Part shown: positions 26,490 through 36,282 of the stretch, one piece after another | Position numbering within the stretch: the stretch's first letter is position 1 | Layout: each line of letters starts with the position of its first letter | Source of the DNA: a virus | Lineage: Duplodnaviria > Caudoviricetes | Reading direction: 5' to 3' (one strand) | Virus record (IMG/VR): IMGVR_UViG_3300049009_000073 | Span: 1 to 36,642 of that record | Length of the DNA: 36,642 nucleotides | The notes under the pieces: generated by a model | Seen by the model: only the letters and a program-made list of their open reading frames with translations | What the model was told of the DNA's origin: nothing | Databases searched by the model: none | Program-made: the position numbers and the translations under genes

Positions 26490-27278
26490 TTAGCGGTTGC
26501 GTTGCGCTTCGTACTTTTTCATCTGGCGTGCCCGTTCAGCTTCGATCCACTGCGAGGTTGTCATAGACTTGATTGACCGGGGGTCAGTCGTGTCATGGCT
26601 CGGTGAACCGTTTGAACGTGCAGTTACCGGACTAATCGGCGCTGGCGCGTTTGAAGTTTTTTTGACCGGAGGGTCTGAAGCCAATCTGGCCTCAATTTTT
26701 CCAATCTCTTTTGCCTGCATGAAAGGCGATAAACGGGAGATTCGCGCCGCTTCTTTGACGTTTGAGCCTAAGTAGTAAGCTACTTCGGGGCCAACGTCAG
26801 ATTCATAAATCGCTTCAGCCATTACCTCGGTGATGGGCACGTTAGGGTTACGGGCTACCTGATCGTAGTCGTCGTATTTGTCCCTGACTTTCTCCTCACT
26901 GTCGGCATAAGCCTCCATGATCTCGGCTTGCTGCTTTGCGGCGTCACGTTGGGCGACAAGTTCTTGGGCCTTCTGAAGTGCCAGTGCTTGCGCATAGTCT
27001 TCAGGGTTTACAAAATTGTCAGCACTAGGTGCTTCCGCTGGCATAGACCTCAAGGTTTGCGTTTCTGCGGCCCTTGCGGCCTGATCTCTTTCCCATTTGC
27101 GCTGTTCTCTTGCGAGGCGCTTACCGATCATTGCGTCGATTTCAGCTTGCGTATAAGTTTTTTCCGCTGGCTGGTCTGTCTGCTCTGTCGATACTTCCGG
27201 CGAATTAACTTCGGGTTCAGGGGCAGCCGTTGCTTCCTGTTCCGGCGCGGGTACTTCCGCTAAGATTTCATTGTCCAT
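26490..27278 (-). CDS. Scaffolding protein
   Basis: Acidic N-terminus, coiled coil, GPEVAYYLG, APAPISPV; immediately upstream of the coat gene. Confidence 0.85.
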   Translation of the reverse strand: MDNEILAEVPAPEQEATAAPEPEVNSPEVSTEQTDQPAEKTYTQAEIDAMIGKRLAREQRKWERDQAARAAETQTLRSMPAEAPSADNFVNPEDYAQALALQKAQELVAQRDAAKQQAEIMEAYADSEEKVRDKYDDYDQVARNPNVPITEVMAEAIYESDVGPEVAYYLGSNVKEAARISRLSPFMQAKEIGKIEARLASDPPVKKTSNAPAPISPVTARSNGSPSHDTTDPRSIKSMTTSQWIEAERARQMKKYEAQRNR

Positions 27279-27281
27279 TTT

Positions 27282-27312
27282 GAATCCTGAGATTCCCTGA
27301 TGATCGCACCAG
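27282..27312 (-). promoter_or_regulatory. Two small tandem hairpins in the scaffold gene leader
   Basis: CTGGTG-CGAT-CATCAG then GAATC-TCAG-GATTC, ending 3 nt before the ATG and covering AGGA. Confidence 0.45.
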
Positions 27313-27328
27313 TACGTTTTGTCGCATG

Positions 27329-27544
27329 TTACTGCAATTCTTGTTTAGGCGTCAACGCTTCTTTCAACATCTTGAAAAAAGCCTCTCTGCCAACTTGGAG
27401 TTGATCGACATTGAACTTGGCTGACCCAAGTTTGCGATCAAGATCCGCGACATGGTTGAGAAGCGTTTGCTGCTCGGGTGTCATGTCTTCAAATTGGTAC
27501 TCAACTTCGTCGATAGTCACAGGGGTCTTTTTTTCGTTTCCCAT
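27329..27544 (-). CDS. Hypothetical coiled-coil protein (71 aa)
   Basis: ORF track; AAGGA RBS. Confidence 0.75.
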   Translation of the reverse strand: MGNEKKTPVTIDEVEYQFEDMTPEQQTLLNHVADLDRKLGSAKFNVDQLQVGREAFFKMLKEALTPKQELQ

Positions 27545-27562
27545 GATGTTTCCTTTTAATGT

Positions 27563-27584
27563 GCTGCCAAGATCAGGTGGCAGC
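27563..27584 (-). promoter_or_regulatory. Intergenic hairpin
   Basis: GCTGCCA-8nt-TGGCAGC, upstream of the RBS of the 71-aa gene; no clear U tail. Confidence 0.4.
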
Positions 27585-27592
27585 TTCCTGTT

Positions 27593-27910
27593 TTAAGGTG
27601 TCCAAGGCAACGCTGTATTGGCAGGGCTGACAGGAGGTGTAATCATTGAGTCAATCTGACCTTGCACACACGCTTGTGCGCTTGCAATAGCAGACTCAGG
27701 AATCCAACCAATTACGATTGCTTCTGTGAGGTCAGCGTATGGAGTTATTGCACCCTCTTGGTCAGCAGAGTTGAATTGAGTGTTGCCACCGATTGAGGCA
27801 GTGTTAGTTCCATCTACTCCTTCTACCTGCCAAATTGCATTAACAACATAGTCAGGTGAGGGTTGTTGGAGCGTGTACATTGCTGTGATGCGGGTTGTAA
27901 AAGTAGTCAT
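27593..27910 (-). CDS. Fibre-associated hypothetical protein (105 aa)
   Basis: PYADLTEAIVIGWI...LPW pattern typical of small genes following phage fibres. Confidence 0.7.
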   Translation of the reverse strand: MTTFTTRITAMYTLQQPSPDYVVNAIWQVEGVDGTNTASIGGNTQFNSADQEGAITPYADLTEAIVIGWIPESAIASAQACVQGQIDSMITPPVSPANTALPWTP

Positions 27911-27911
27911 G

Positions 27912-28151
27912 TTAGTTTCCTACGTAAGGTTGTGGAGATGTCTGAGTCCAAGCGTATGTAGCAATGTTGAGGTAATAAGCCTCATCCAATACTGTTGATG
28001 CTTGTGGGTCATTTGGAATCAAGACGCAACGCCAGTAGGTTGTGGAGATGACAACTCCATCCTTCAAGACATCAGTGCTTTTGCGAACACCAATACAGCC
28101 GTTGAGCTGAATGTTGAATTCAGAGATGTAAGTGATTTCAGATAAAGCCAT
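27912..28151 (-). CDS. Fibre-associated hypothetical protein (79 aa)
   Basis: IGVRKSTDVLKDGVVISTTYWRCVL; directly follows the fibre gene; AAGGA RBS. Confidence 0.7.
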   Translation of the reverse strand: MALSEITYISEFNIQLNGCIGVRKSTDVLKDGVVISTTYWRCVLIPNDPQASTVLDEAYYLNIATYAWTQTSPQPYVGN

Positions 28152-28166
28152 GATTGTTTCCTTTAA

Positions 28167-31100
28167 TTAACCTATTGAGTAAACCATTGAAAAATATAAA
28201 TATCCACCAGCAACGTAGCCAGTAGAAGTAAAAGCTCCTGTTGCTATATCTGCTGATTGAATAAAATAAACCCTAGTAAAGGTACTGACCATCAAATTTC
28301 CAGCGGAAACAATAGAAACACCTAATGCACCTGTATTTTGGAATCCACCTGTGTAAGGCGTGTAGTCAGGAACAAAAGGCAAGCCATCAACATAATTAGT
28401 ACCTGACCCAGCGGCATTGATAACGTTAATTCGTATTTTGCAACTTACCCTTACTAAATTTCCAATTTTCACATAAGTTCCAGATTGTTCTGTGTAGGTG
28501 CAATCTAAAACTGCACTTCTCCAAAGAACAGGTGTCCAAGTTCCTTCTTCGTAATCGTCTAGCGTATTAGCATTTGATGATGCTGATTGAGTTGCGGGGA
28601 ATGTGATGCCTGTGCCTGAGTTAGGGACTGCGCCTTGAAGTGCAAAGGTCTGGGCTGTTTTAGCAGAAGCTACGATGTTTCCATCGCCATCAGACAGCAC
28701 AACAAAGTTGCTACCTGTTGCTGAGATAGGTGCGGCAGAACCTGAGTAACGACCAATGATGACGTTCTTAGTTCCTGATGTAACTGCGTTTCCAGAGGCT
28801 CTGCCTACAAATGTGTTGTCGCCACCAGTAGTAAAGTTACCAGCGTATCTGCCAATAAATGTGTTGTTGCTACCTGTGGAGTTTGTATATCCAGCAGTTT
28901 GTCCCACGTAAACGTTTTCTGAGCCAGTTGTGGTGTTAAACCCTGCTTGCAATCCTATTGCCGTGTTGTATGAGCCTGTAGTGTTGCCTCGAAGGGCTTC
29001 TTTACCCAAAGCCGTATTTTGGGTTCCTGTCGTGTTCAACTTCAAAGAGTCCACGCCAAACGCTGAGTTTTCAGCGCCGATAGTGGTTGTGTACATTGAG
29101 TTAAATCCAACCGCCGTGTTGGAAAGCGCAGTTGTTTGGCTGTACAAAGCCTGTGTACCCATTGCGGTGCTGTATGTACCAGTGCTGTTGGTGTACATCG
29201 CCTGATAACCCATTGCTGTGTTATTAGATGCGGTTGTATTGGCTTGGAGTGCGCCATTACCAATGGCTGTGTTATATGAACCACTTGTTAATACACGAAG
29301 AACAGTACGTCCAATACCGATGTTCTCCGAACCTGTAACACCTGCGCTGTTGTCCATAACAAAAGAGCCAAGCGCGGTATTGTATGAGCCTGTAGTAATC
29401 AATCTGCCAGCGGATCGACCAATCAATGTATTTTCAGTGCCAGTTGTATTGCTGAACCCTGCTAGATAACCTACTGCGGTGTTGCTATCCCCTGTGGTGT
29501 TGTTGTAGAGGGCTTGGTAACCCTGTGCGGTATTGTTAGAACCTATGGTGTTGGAGTAAAGCGATTGGTAGCCAAGAGCTACATTGCTTGTACCAGTGCT
29601 GTTTGTATAAGCCGCCTGATAACCTACAGCAGTATTGTTAGATGCTGTGGTGTTGTTATAAAGTGTTTGTGCGCCCAGACCTACGTTGTTTGAACCTGTT
29701 GAAAAACTTGCCGCATTTGGGCCAGCGTTAGCGCCTAAAAATGTATTTGATACGCCAGAAGTAACAAAATATCCAGCACCATCCCCAACCATTGTGTTGT
29801 TACTACCAGTTGTAAAGTTTCCAGAAACTCTACCGATAAAAGTATTGAATGTGCCAGATACGTTTGATAGACCAGATTGATAGCCAACCGATGTGTTGTA
29901 TGAGGCTGTATTTGCTAAAAGTGATTGATAACCAATAGATGTAATTTGAATTCCAACGCTATTTACGCTTATCGCACCAGCACCCACCGCAGTATTGGTA
30001 GCCACAGCACCCGCACCACGACCGACAGTCAACAAGTTAATTGTTCCTGTTGTGGTTAAGGTTGTAAAAGCACCAGTAGTAGCTGTAGTAGCACCAACAG
30101 TACCATTTAGCGGGCCAGCAAATCCAGTCGCAGTCAAAATACCAGCAGTAATGGTTACACCAGAATTGTTTTGAATTAGTTTGCCAGTTGTTCCATCAAA
30201 AGTGGCAATTGCTTTGTCTGTTGCCGATGCTGGGCCAACAACATCACCGCCACCGTCAGCTACCCATTCAACAGCAGTCGCACCAGCATTTAATCTCAAA
30301 CCTTTGCTGCCGTTGCCAGTGTAAGAAGGCAACAAGTTTTGAATAGCAGCCGCAGCCGTAGAAGCGTTTGTGCCACCATTAGCAATGGCCAAAGTGCCGC
30401 TGAATGTATTGCTTCCAAAAGCAATTGTTTTGTTGGTCAGTGTGTCTGTCGTATCACGGCCAACAAGGGTGGTTGTTGCGTCTGGCAGTGTGACCACACG
30501 GCCTGCGGTGGACACTGCATCAAGCAAGGTGATTGCACTGGCGGCAGAACCTGAACTTCTAAAGCGAATGCCTTTGTTGAAGTCTGTACCATCACTGATT
30601 GTGACTAAACCTGTGCCTTTAGGCTGGATGTGCAAGCCAATGTTTGCGCTTGAGCCATCAGCATAAAAATGAAGCGGTACGCCCGTACCAATGCCGTTTT
30701 TAACAACCAAATAATCAACAGCAGACGTTGTTGGCGACAGACCCAAAATCTGTGCGTTGTTGGTGTCGTTGATCTGATTTAAGATTGGCGCCGTGATTGT
30801 TGGTGATGTGGCAAACACTGCCGAGCCCGCACCAGTCTCATCTGTCAACGCTGTGCGCAGTTGGGCTGAAGTAAACGATCCCAAAGATGTGGCATTACCC
30901 ACCGAGGTCACCGCACCAGTCAAGTTGGCGTTGGTAATGGCAGAACCTGCGGTCAAACCAACAGCCGTACCCGTTGCGTTTGTTGCGACTAAAACTGAAG
31001 GTGTGCCCAAGTCAGGCGCCACCAAAACAGGGGCGTTGGCAAACACCAATGCGCCAGAGCCTGTTTCATCTGTCACCGCTGCACGCAAGTTGGCAGACGA

Positions 31101-31349
31101 GGGTGTGCCCAAGAATGTGGCTACGCCAGTGCCAAGACCCGCAACGCCAGTGCTGATAGGCAGGCCAGTGGCATTGATCAGATCAGCTTGGCCAACAGTG
31201 CCCAGTGTAGGGTTGGTCATCACTGGGCTTGTGAACAGGCCCGTAATTGCAACTTGTTTGGTTGTTGTGCCTTGGACTAACGGAAAAACCTCCGTCCCAG
31301 TCAAGGGCGTGGTGGCCAAAGGGAGTTGGGTGATTTTTACGTTAGCCAT
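28167..31349 (-). CDS. Long fibre protein (1060 aa) with 14-aa NTAxG beta-roll repeats
   Basis: MANVKITQLP N-terminus; TDETGSGALVFA shaft repeats; many NTAVG..AL..NTTG repeats; ANTLDDYEEGTWTP before the tip domain. Confidence 0.85.
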   Translation of the reverse strand: MANVKITQLPLATTPLTGTEVFPLVQGTTTKQVAITGLFTSPVMTNPTLGTVGQADLINATGLPISTGVAGLGTGVATFLGTPSSANLRAAVTDETGSGALVFANAPVLVAPDLGTPSVLVATNATGTAVGLTAGSAITNANLTGAVTSVGNATSLGSFTSAQLRTALTDETGAGSAVFATSPTITAPILNQINDTNNAQILGLSPTTSAVDYLVVKNGIGTGVPLHFYADGSSANIGLHIQPKGTGLVTISDGTDFNKGIRFRSSGSAASAITLLDAVSTAGRVVTLPDATTTLVGRDTTDTLTNKTIAFGSNTFSGTLAIANGGTNASTAAAAIQNLLPSYTGNGSKGLRLNAGATAVEWVADGGGDVVGPASATDKAIATFDGTTGKLIQNNSGVTITAGILTATGFAGPLNGTVGATTATTGAFTTLTTTGTINLLTVGRGAGAVATNTAVGAGAISVNSVGIQITSIGYQSLLANTASYNTSVGYQSGLSNVSGTFNTFIGRVSGNFTTGSNNTMVGDGAGYFVTSGVSNTFLGANAGPNAASFSTGSNNVGLGAQTLYNNTTASNNTAVGYQAAYTNSTGTSNVALGYQSLYSNTIGSNNTAQGYQALYNNTTGDSNTAVGYLAGFSNTTGTENTLIGRSAGRLITTGSYNTALGSFVMDNSAGVTGSENIGIGRTVLRVLTSGSYNTAIGNGALQANTTASNNTAMGYQAMYTNSTGTYSTAMGTQALYSQTTALSNTAVGFNSMYTTTIGAENSAFGVDSLKLNTTGTQNTALGKEALRGNTTGSYNTAIGLQAGFNTTTGSENVYVGQTAGYTNSTGSNNTFIGRYAGNFTTGGDNTFVGRASGNAVTSGTKNVIIGRYSGSAAPISATGSNFVVLSDGDGNIVASAKTAQTFALQGAVPNSGTGITFPATQSASSNANTLDDYEEGTWTPVLWRSAVLDCTYTEQSGTYVKIGNLVRVSCKIRINVINAAGSGTNYVDGLPFVPDYTPYTGGFQNTGALGVSIVSAGNLMVSTFTRVYFIQSADIATGAFTSTGYVAGGYLYFSMVYSIG
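28750..30000 (-). repeat. Coding 42-bp-period repeat tract (NTAxG repeats)
   Basis: 14-residue periodicity in the translation; near-identical blocks NTTASNNTA(V/M)GYQA(A/M)YTNSTGT at ~29590-29660 and ~29175-29245. Confidence 0.8.
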
Positions 31350-31354
31350 TGTTT

Positions 31355-31621
31355 TTACTCGTAAGAAATGGTTGCAGAGACAGTGCCGCTGATCACAACG
31401 TAAATGCCTTTGTTTACATACAAACCTTGAAAAAAGTTGTGCATGGTGTTTCCGGTAGGCGTAAACGTCGCCAAAACCACGGGGTCAGACGCGCTAGAAG
31501 TAGATGAATCATAGACCGTGATGGTAGGCGTGCTAGAAGCGCTGCTTACAAAAATACCGTTAAGTTTGCCAGCGTCACGTTTAATTTGTGCGGTGGCTGT
31601 GATGGCGGTGTAGTTAGACAT
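31355..31621 (-). CDS. Small all-beta protein (88 aa), probably a virion component
   Basis: ORF track; AAGGAG RBS; alternating hydrophobic pattern. Confidence 0.7.
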   Translation of the reverse strand: MSNYTAITATAQIKRDAGKLNGIFVSSASSTPTITVYDSSTSSASDPVVLATFTPTGNTMHNFFQGLYVNKGIYVVISGTVSATISYE

Positions 31622-31630
31622 GGTGGCTCC

Positions 31631-31993
31631 TTATGCCAAGAAACGAAGTTTGTATAAAGTTCGGAGATAAACCTCAATGATATTATCAATCAATTGTTGT
31701 AAGGTTGTATCACTTTTATCGCACACTTCATACCGTGCGGCCTCAACTTGGGCAAGTGAATCTTCCAAAAACTCAACAATATTGGTTGTTTTTTTAGGCG
31801 AATTTAAAGTGATTGGCCCAATAAGTCCATGCCTGCCTTGATAGGTTTCAGCAAAGTCATCAGCCACACCAATAATGCGTTCGTAAAAAATGTTAAGGGC
31901 TTGATGTTTAGAGTAACTGCGGGTGTTTAAATGAACACTGTGCGCAACGTCTCTGGCCAAAAACAATAAACCTAAAAAATCAGCGGCTTTCAT
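31631..31993 (-). CDS. Ferritin/Dps-like four-helix protein (DUF5856 type)
   Basis: AHSVHLNT.SY.KHQAL..FYE.....DDFAETYQG...TLYKLRFL resembles the Dps H..HW...H...D..AE layout. Confidence 0.75.
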   Translation of the reverse strand: MKAADFLGLLFLARDVAHSVHLNTRSYSKHQALNIFYERIIGVADDFAETYQGRHGLIGPITLNSPKKTTNIVEFLEDSLAQVEAARYEVCDKSDTTLQQLIDNIIEVYLRTLYKLRFLA

Positions 31994-34170
31994 TGTGGCA
32001 TTCCCATTTGTTGTTCAGGGGGCATCATAGGTTGTTCTTGCATTTCTTCAGCCTCACGCACGCTTGGCATCATCATAGTCTGTGACTCCATGGCCGCAGC
32101 CACCACGCCCATGGCAATGTCTTGAATCTGTTCTTCGGTCATGCCGGCCTGCACCGCGCTGATGCGCTTGGTTTCGGCGTCATAAGCCTTAATTTCAGCC
32201 TCAAAATCCTTGCGTTGCAAGTCCTGCATTTCAATGGACTTGCCAACATTCTGGATCATCTGGTGCATCTGCTCCATCTCTTGACCCATGGCTTGAATCT
32301 GCATCTGCGCTGCCTGCAATGCTGGGCTTTCGTCACTGTCTTCCAAGAACTTGGGATCAATGGTTTTTTGAAATCGCTTGGCCATCTCTTGTGCGCCAGG
32401 CCAGTCCATGTTTTTCACAAACAAGTCGCCAGCCACTTGCCACAGTTGTGGGTTGCCCTGCAACAGTTGAGCCATGGCTTCCAAGGCTTCCTGACGTTTG
32501 GTTGCGTAGCCGGGGCCAGTCGTGGCCACCACGTCGTACTTGCCGACACCAGGGTTGTAGATTTTCTCAATCACAATCCCTTGCTCGTCCACAATCTTCT
32601 TGACGGGTTCAGGTTGTTCAGGATTGATCTTGACCATCTTGGTTTCGCCGTCTTCACCAATGATGCGGGCAATGCGCTGGGTGTCGTAAATCTTAGGAAT
32701 TAAGTCCACTAGCTGACGGGCCACATGTCTCACGGCGCGAGTTAGGTTGTCGCCATAGTGGTATGTGCCAACATCACCCTCACGTTGACGGGCAAGAATG
32801 GCTTTACCAGAGCGCTCGTTGGAACCCATGCCAAGACTTGCGTTGTACTGACCAGTTGTTGACTTGATGTCTTCAGAGGCGCCAGCTTTGGCTTGCAACA
32901 GACCACTAGAAGCCATTGGCGGTTGCGCACGCTGGGGTAGTGGCAAGACCGCACCTTGGCCGTCTGTGACGTCTGGATTGACCTCTAAATAGGGCCAATT
33001 GTTCGTATTAGCCGTTTTCCACTTGTCTTCGTAGCCCTCAAACTGACCACCGTAGCCAATAAACGGTGCTTTCGGCGCCAAAGCAAGCATTTCAGCCTCT
33101 TGTGACACCCAATAGTTGTACATGCGCTGGGCATCTTTGGCGTTTCTGACCAAGCCTGACACATACAAGCGGCCATCAACCTCAAACTCATTGCCAACCA
33201 CGCGAATGACGGGAATCCACTTGCCTGCCCAGTCGTTTTGCTCCAAAATTTCGTAGCCGTTGATTTTGCAATATTTGACCTTGGGGTTGACTGACTCGCG
33301 TGTGCGCTTGGGCTTGCCGTAAACCAGCTTCATTTGCTTGTCTTCAGCCGTGCCTTCAAAAGCAGTCTGCCCGCCTGGGTACATGTTCAGTTTGGCTTTT
33401 TCGTAGTCAATGTAGTAGTAACTGGCAATGCGTACAGTGTCTTCATTGAGCCAGTTGCTGATTGACTGATCGCCAACACCAAGCGACTGCAAGGTAGAGA
33501 TAGGCGCAGCGTCTGGGTACTGGCGCTCATACTCTGCTTTGGTCAAATCTTCCGTAATAAAGCAATACTTGGCGTCCGCACCAGTCGGGTCTTGGATTAA
33601 GGGATCCATGTAGACACTGAATGAGTTACGAATGCGGCCAATCTTAATGTCTTGATCGAACGTGTTGGGTTCGCAATACTCGGTCATCAGCGTGATGTAG
33701 CCTTCGCCATACGCTACCTGATTTTCACACGCTGTGTCATACGCTACGTCCGCATCACTGATGTATTCAATGTGCCGAATCATGCCGTTGAAAATCTCAG
33801 CTACCTGCACGTCCGCGTTGTCGTCCACGGGAATGACCTTGGCGCCTGGTCTATTCTGACGCATGTCATTCGTCACTTGACGAACGTGTTGCGGCAGTTT
33901 GTTAATTGTTAAGGTGGGTCTAGCGTTGATCGTCTGACCCTGCACCGCGCCTCGGGTGGCCAGTACGTCAGCAGGCCATTGCCAGTGGTTGTCAGGTGAG
34001 CCTGCATAAAAGCGCAGGTCGTCAATTTCGTCTTCTCTGCTTTCCGCAAGGGCCGAGACAGCCATGTCTAATCGCGCGCGAGCGACGGTCAGTATGTCAG
34101 AGTCACTTTTGGGTGGTTTGCCGCCCGCCGCTACGTTAGCGGCTGCGACCATGCCTGTTGGATCTGCCAT
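31990..34170 (-). CDS. Portal protein, P22 gp1-like
   Basis: 726 aa; RPTLTINKL, GLVRNAKDAQRMYNY, SGKAILARQ, GKYDVVATTGP; Gln-rich C-terminal barrel. Confidence 0.93.
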   Translation of the reverse strand: MADPTGMVAAANVAAGGKPPKSDSDILTVARARLDMAVSALAESREDEIDDLRFYAGSPDNHWQWPADVLATRGAVQGQTINARPTLTINKLPQHVRQVTNDMRQNRPGAKVIPVDDNADVQVAEIFNGMIRHIEYISDADVAYDTACENQVAYGEGYITLMTEYCEPNTFDQDIKIGRIRNSFSVYMDPLIQDPTGADAKYCFITEDLTKAEYERQYPDAAPISTLQSLGVGDQSISNWLNEDTVRIASYYYIDYEKAKLNMYPGGQTAFEGTAEDKQMKLVYGKPKRTRESVNPKVKYCKINGYEILEQNDWAGKWIPVIRVVGNEFEVDGRLYVSGLVRNAKDAQRMYNYWVSQEAEMLALAPKAPFIGYGGQFEGYEDKWKTANTNNWPYLEVNPDVTDGQGAVLPLPQRAQPPMASSGLLQAKAGASEDIKSTTGQYNASLGMGSNERSGKAILARQREGDVGTYHYGDNLTRAVRHVARQLVDLIPKIYDTQRIARIIGEDGETKMVKINPEQPEPVKKIVDEQGIVIEKIYNPGVGKYDVVATTGPGYATKRQEALEAMAQLLQGNPQLWQVAGDLFVKNMDWPGAQEMAKRFQKTIDPKFLEDSDESPALQAAQMQIQAMGQEMEQMHQMIQNVGKSIEMQDLQRKDFEAEIKAYDAETKRISAVQAGMTEEQIQDIAMGVVAAAMESQTMMMPSVREAEEMQEQPMMPPEQQMGMPQ

Positions 34171-34171
34171 C

Positions 34172-34306
34172 TTATTTCTTCTTTGGCGCGGCGCGCTTGA
34201 CCGAGTAAGCGATGGCCACGGCCTGCTTGACGGGCTTGCCCGCTTTTACTTCAGCGGCGACGTTCTTGCGGAAGGCTTCGGGTGACTTTGATTTGACAAG
34301 TGGCAT
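34172..34306 (-). CDS. Small basic protein (44 aa, [16 protein letters not shown]...KQAVAIAYS...KKK)
   Basis: Translated by hand; TAATG overlap with the terL stop; ends 1 nt before the portal ATG. Confidence 0.85.
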   Translation of the reverse strand: MPLVKSKSPEAFRKNVAAEVKAGKPVKQAVAIAYSVKRAAPKKK

Positions 34307-35832
34307 TATGACCCCATCCAAGAAGTTGCAACCACGCTTCGATCTGAATACATGCGGCGCTGCGTGGGTTCACGCGCCTCACGGTGGGCCACGGGGAAGG
34401 CAAACGTAACGCAAATCGCATCTGCTGCGTCAGGCGAGGCCAGCCCCCGGGCTTTCATGTCCTTTTTCGACTCTAAGAAGATTGTACCCTTAGAGTCGGG
34501 CTTCATCATAGGCGAAATTAGATCAGTTTTAAGGAATCTGTCAAGCGGAATCGACGCCCCTTTGAGCCAATCTTTCATCGCGCCCCACATTTCGGCTCGT
34601 TTGTTCCCATACATAATAGGATTCTTAGACTTACTGCCAAAATTGATGCCCTTGACCTTGTAGCGTTGCTCTTTTAAACGGTCAACAATCCCTGCCCCTA
34701 GCCCGCCTTCGTCAATCACAACCAGCGTGGGCTTGTATTCTTCTATCACGTCGATCACATGACCAACCACCGTCATGGTGTCGTCGCCTCGGTGGCGCCG
34801 GATGGAAATAATATCCCGACCTTGGCGCACGGCAATCACTGTCGCGTCAGCGCCGAAGCGTGCGGGGTCAACGCCGATGACTATGGGTGCGCTGGCGTCC
34901 TTATACGCAGGGCGCTTCATCGCGTCGTCTACTAATAGGGCTGATATGAACTGATCGTCGCCTTCACTGGGAAACTGACCGTAGACCTCGACGTGCGCTT
35001 GCGCTGAGTCTGCGCCGTACTCGTCAATGATCTGCTGGTACACCTGCTTGTCTGTGCCTTCGACCGTGCGGGCGTCTACCACCTTGGTTGTCCAGAACTC
35101 GCGTTTGCTGTTAAAGCACTCGTAAAAGTACCCTGTGTTGCGCCGTGGGTTGCTGAACGCCATCCAGAACCTGTTAGGCGTGTTCTCTGTAAAAAATCCA
35201 CTTGTGACCGCCCAGATGCTGTCGTCAATACCTGACGCTTCGTCAAACACAACCAACACACCGTCGAAGTTGTGTACGCCAGCGTAAGCGTCGGGATTCT
35301 CTGCTGACCATAAGCGCCCTTCGACGCCCCAGTAGCGCGTACCCTTCTTGAGATCACGCTCGACTAATTCGGTGAGCCACTTAGCCGGCATCAGTCTGGT
35401 GGCCGAGACTTCAAACCAATGGCTGTTAAGTGACATGGCCAGCCACTTGGTTATTTCGGCCCAAGTGACTGATCTAAGCTGTGACTCACTGTTAGCCGAG
35501 ATGATGGTCGTGGAACCTATGCGGGTGGACAACATCCAGATCGTAATCCATGAGACTAACGCCGACTTACCAATACCGCGTCCGGAGGAGACAGCGCTTC
35601 TCAGGGTGTTGAAGTCTAGCTGGCCTTGGTTGTTTTTTATGTGTACTGCTATATCTTGCAGGATCTCACGCTGCCATTTGCGTGGGCCTTGGAAGTGTTC
35701 CAATGGCGTGCCTGCCTGACCCCAAGGAAACGTAAACATTACAAACGCCAGTGGGTTGTCCTTGATCGCTGGCGCCCATAGGCGTGCCATCAACTCCTGT
35801 TCGTCTTCAGCGCTGTATATGGTCGATTGCAT
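34306..35832 (-). CDS. terL: Terminase large subunit
   Basis: Walker A SGRGIGKS, Walker [12 protein letters not shown], nuclease [11 protein letters not shown] and SPDAADA. Confidence 0.95.
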   Translation of the reverse strand: MQSTIYSAEDEQELMARLWAPAIKDNPLAFVMFTFPWGQAGTPLEHFQGPRKWQREILQDIAVHIKNNQGQLDFNTLRSAVSSGRGIGKSALVSWITIWMLSTRIGSTTIISANSESQLRSVTWAEITKWLAMSLNSHWFEVSATRLMPAKWLTELVERDLKKGTRYWGVEGRLWSAENPDAYAGVHNFDGVLVVFDEASGIDDSIWAVTSGFFTENTPNRFWMAFSNPRRNTGYFYECFNSKREFWTTKVVDARTVEGTDKQVYQQIIDEYGADSAQAHVEVYGQFPSEGDDQFISALLVDDAMKRPAYKDASAPIVIGVDPARFGADATVIAVRQGRDIISIRRHRGDDTMTVVGHVIDVIEEYKPTLVVIDEGGLGAGIVDRLKEQRYKVKGINFGSKSKNPIMYGNKRAEMWGAMKDWLKGASIPLDRFLKTDLISPMMKPDSKGTIFLESKKDMKARGLASPDAADAICVTFAFPVAHREAREPTQRRMYSDRSVVATSWMGS

Positions 35833-36244
35833 GGACTGGTGTTTCTATGATGTTAGCGTCCTCTACCGTGATGGCCCGCTTAGTTGCCTCGGCCAATGCG
35901 CCTGTGATGGATATGCGCTGATCCACCTCGACAGATATGGCCTGCTTGGCCACCCAGCCGTGTTGGTGCTTTAAGACTTCAAGCGCCATCTTAGCGTCGC
36001 CTTCTAACGCCGCATTGCGCAGAATGTTGGCCATTTCAATCTCACCGTCGGCTTTGCCTTTTTGCGCAGCCATCTCGACGACGGGGTCAAGTTGCGTGAG
36101 TTGTCGGTATTCTGTGGGGAGCATGCCGGCGGCCAAGGCAAGCGTGTCGCCTTTGAGGCCCAGCTTGGCGGCGTCGTACACCGCCTTCAAGCGCGACTCT
36201 GTCGCTTGCACCTTGCGCGGTGTGAATGGAATCGAATGGAACAT
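35807..36244 (-). CDS. terS: Terminase small subunit (putative, 145 aa)
   Basis: Upstream of terL; HTH-like N-terminus; GGAGA RBS places the start at MFHSIP (36244). Confidence 0.75.
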   Translation of the reverse strand: MFHSIPFTPRKVQATESRLKAVYDAAKLGLKGDTLALAAGMLPTEYRQLTQLDPVVEMAAQKGKADGEIEMANILRNAALEGDAKMALEVLKHQHGWVAKQAISVEVDQRISITGALAEATKRAITVEDANIIETPVHAIDHIQR

Positions 36245-36273
36245 GTGTTCTCCATGCTGTTGCACGTGTGCGG

Positions 36274-36282
36274 ATTGTAGCA
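36274..36282 (-). promoter_or_regulatory. Candidate late promoter, extended -10 TGcTACAAT
   Basis: 30 nt upstream of the terS ATG, preceded by an A/T tract; no recognisable -35. Confidence 0.5.

Noticed and set aside
28005-28016. Isolated TGGGTCATTTGG match to the terminal repeat unit
   Set aside because: Single copy inside a coding region; plausible by chance.
17721-31349. Diversity-generating retroelement acting on a fibre gene
   Set aside because: No reverse transcriptase ORF and no template/variable repeat pair differing at adenines was seen.
30793-31392. Long antisense ORFs (this 199-aa one, 32122-32703, and many plus-strand ORFs across 2100-8100 and 11300-36300) and the alternate-frame ORF 4811-5479
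   Set aside because: They shadow well-supported genes, lack recognisable motifs, and are expected from codon bias.
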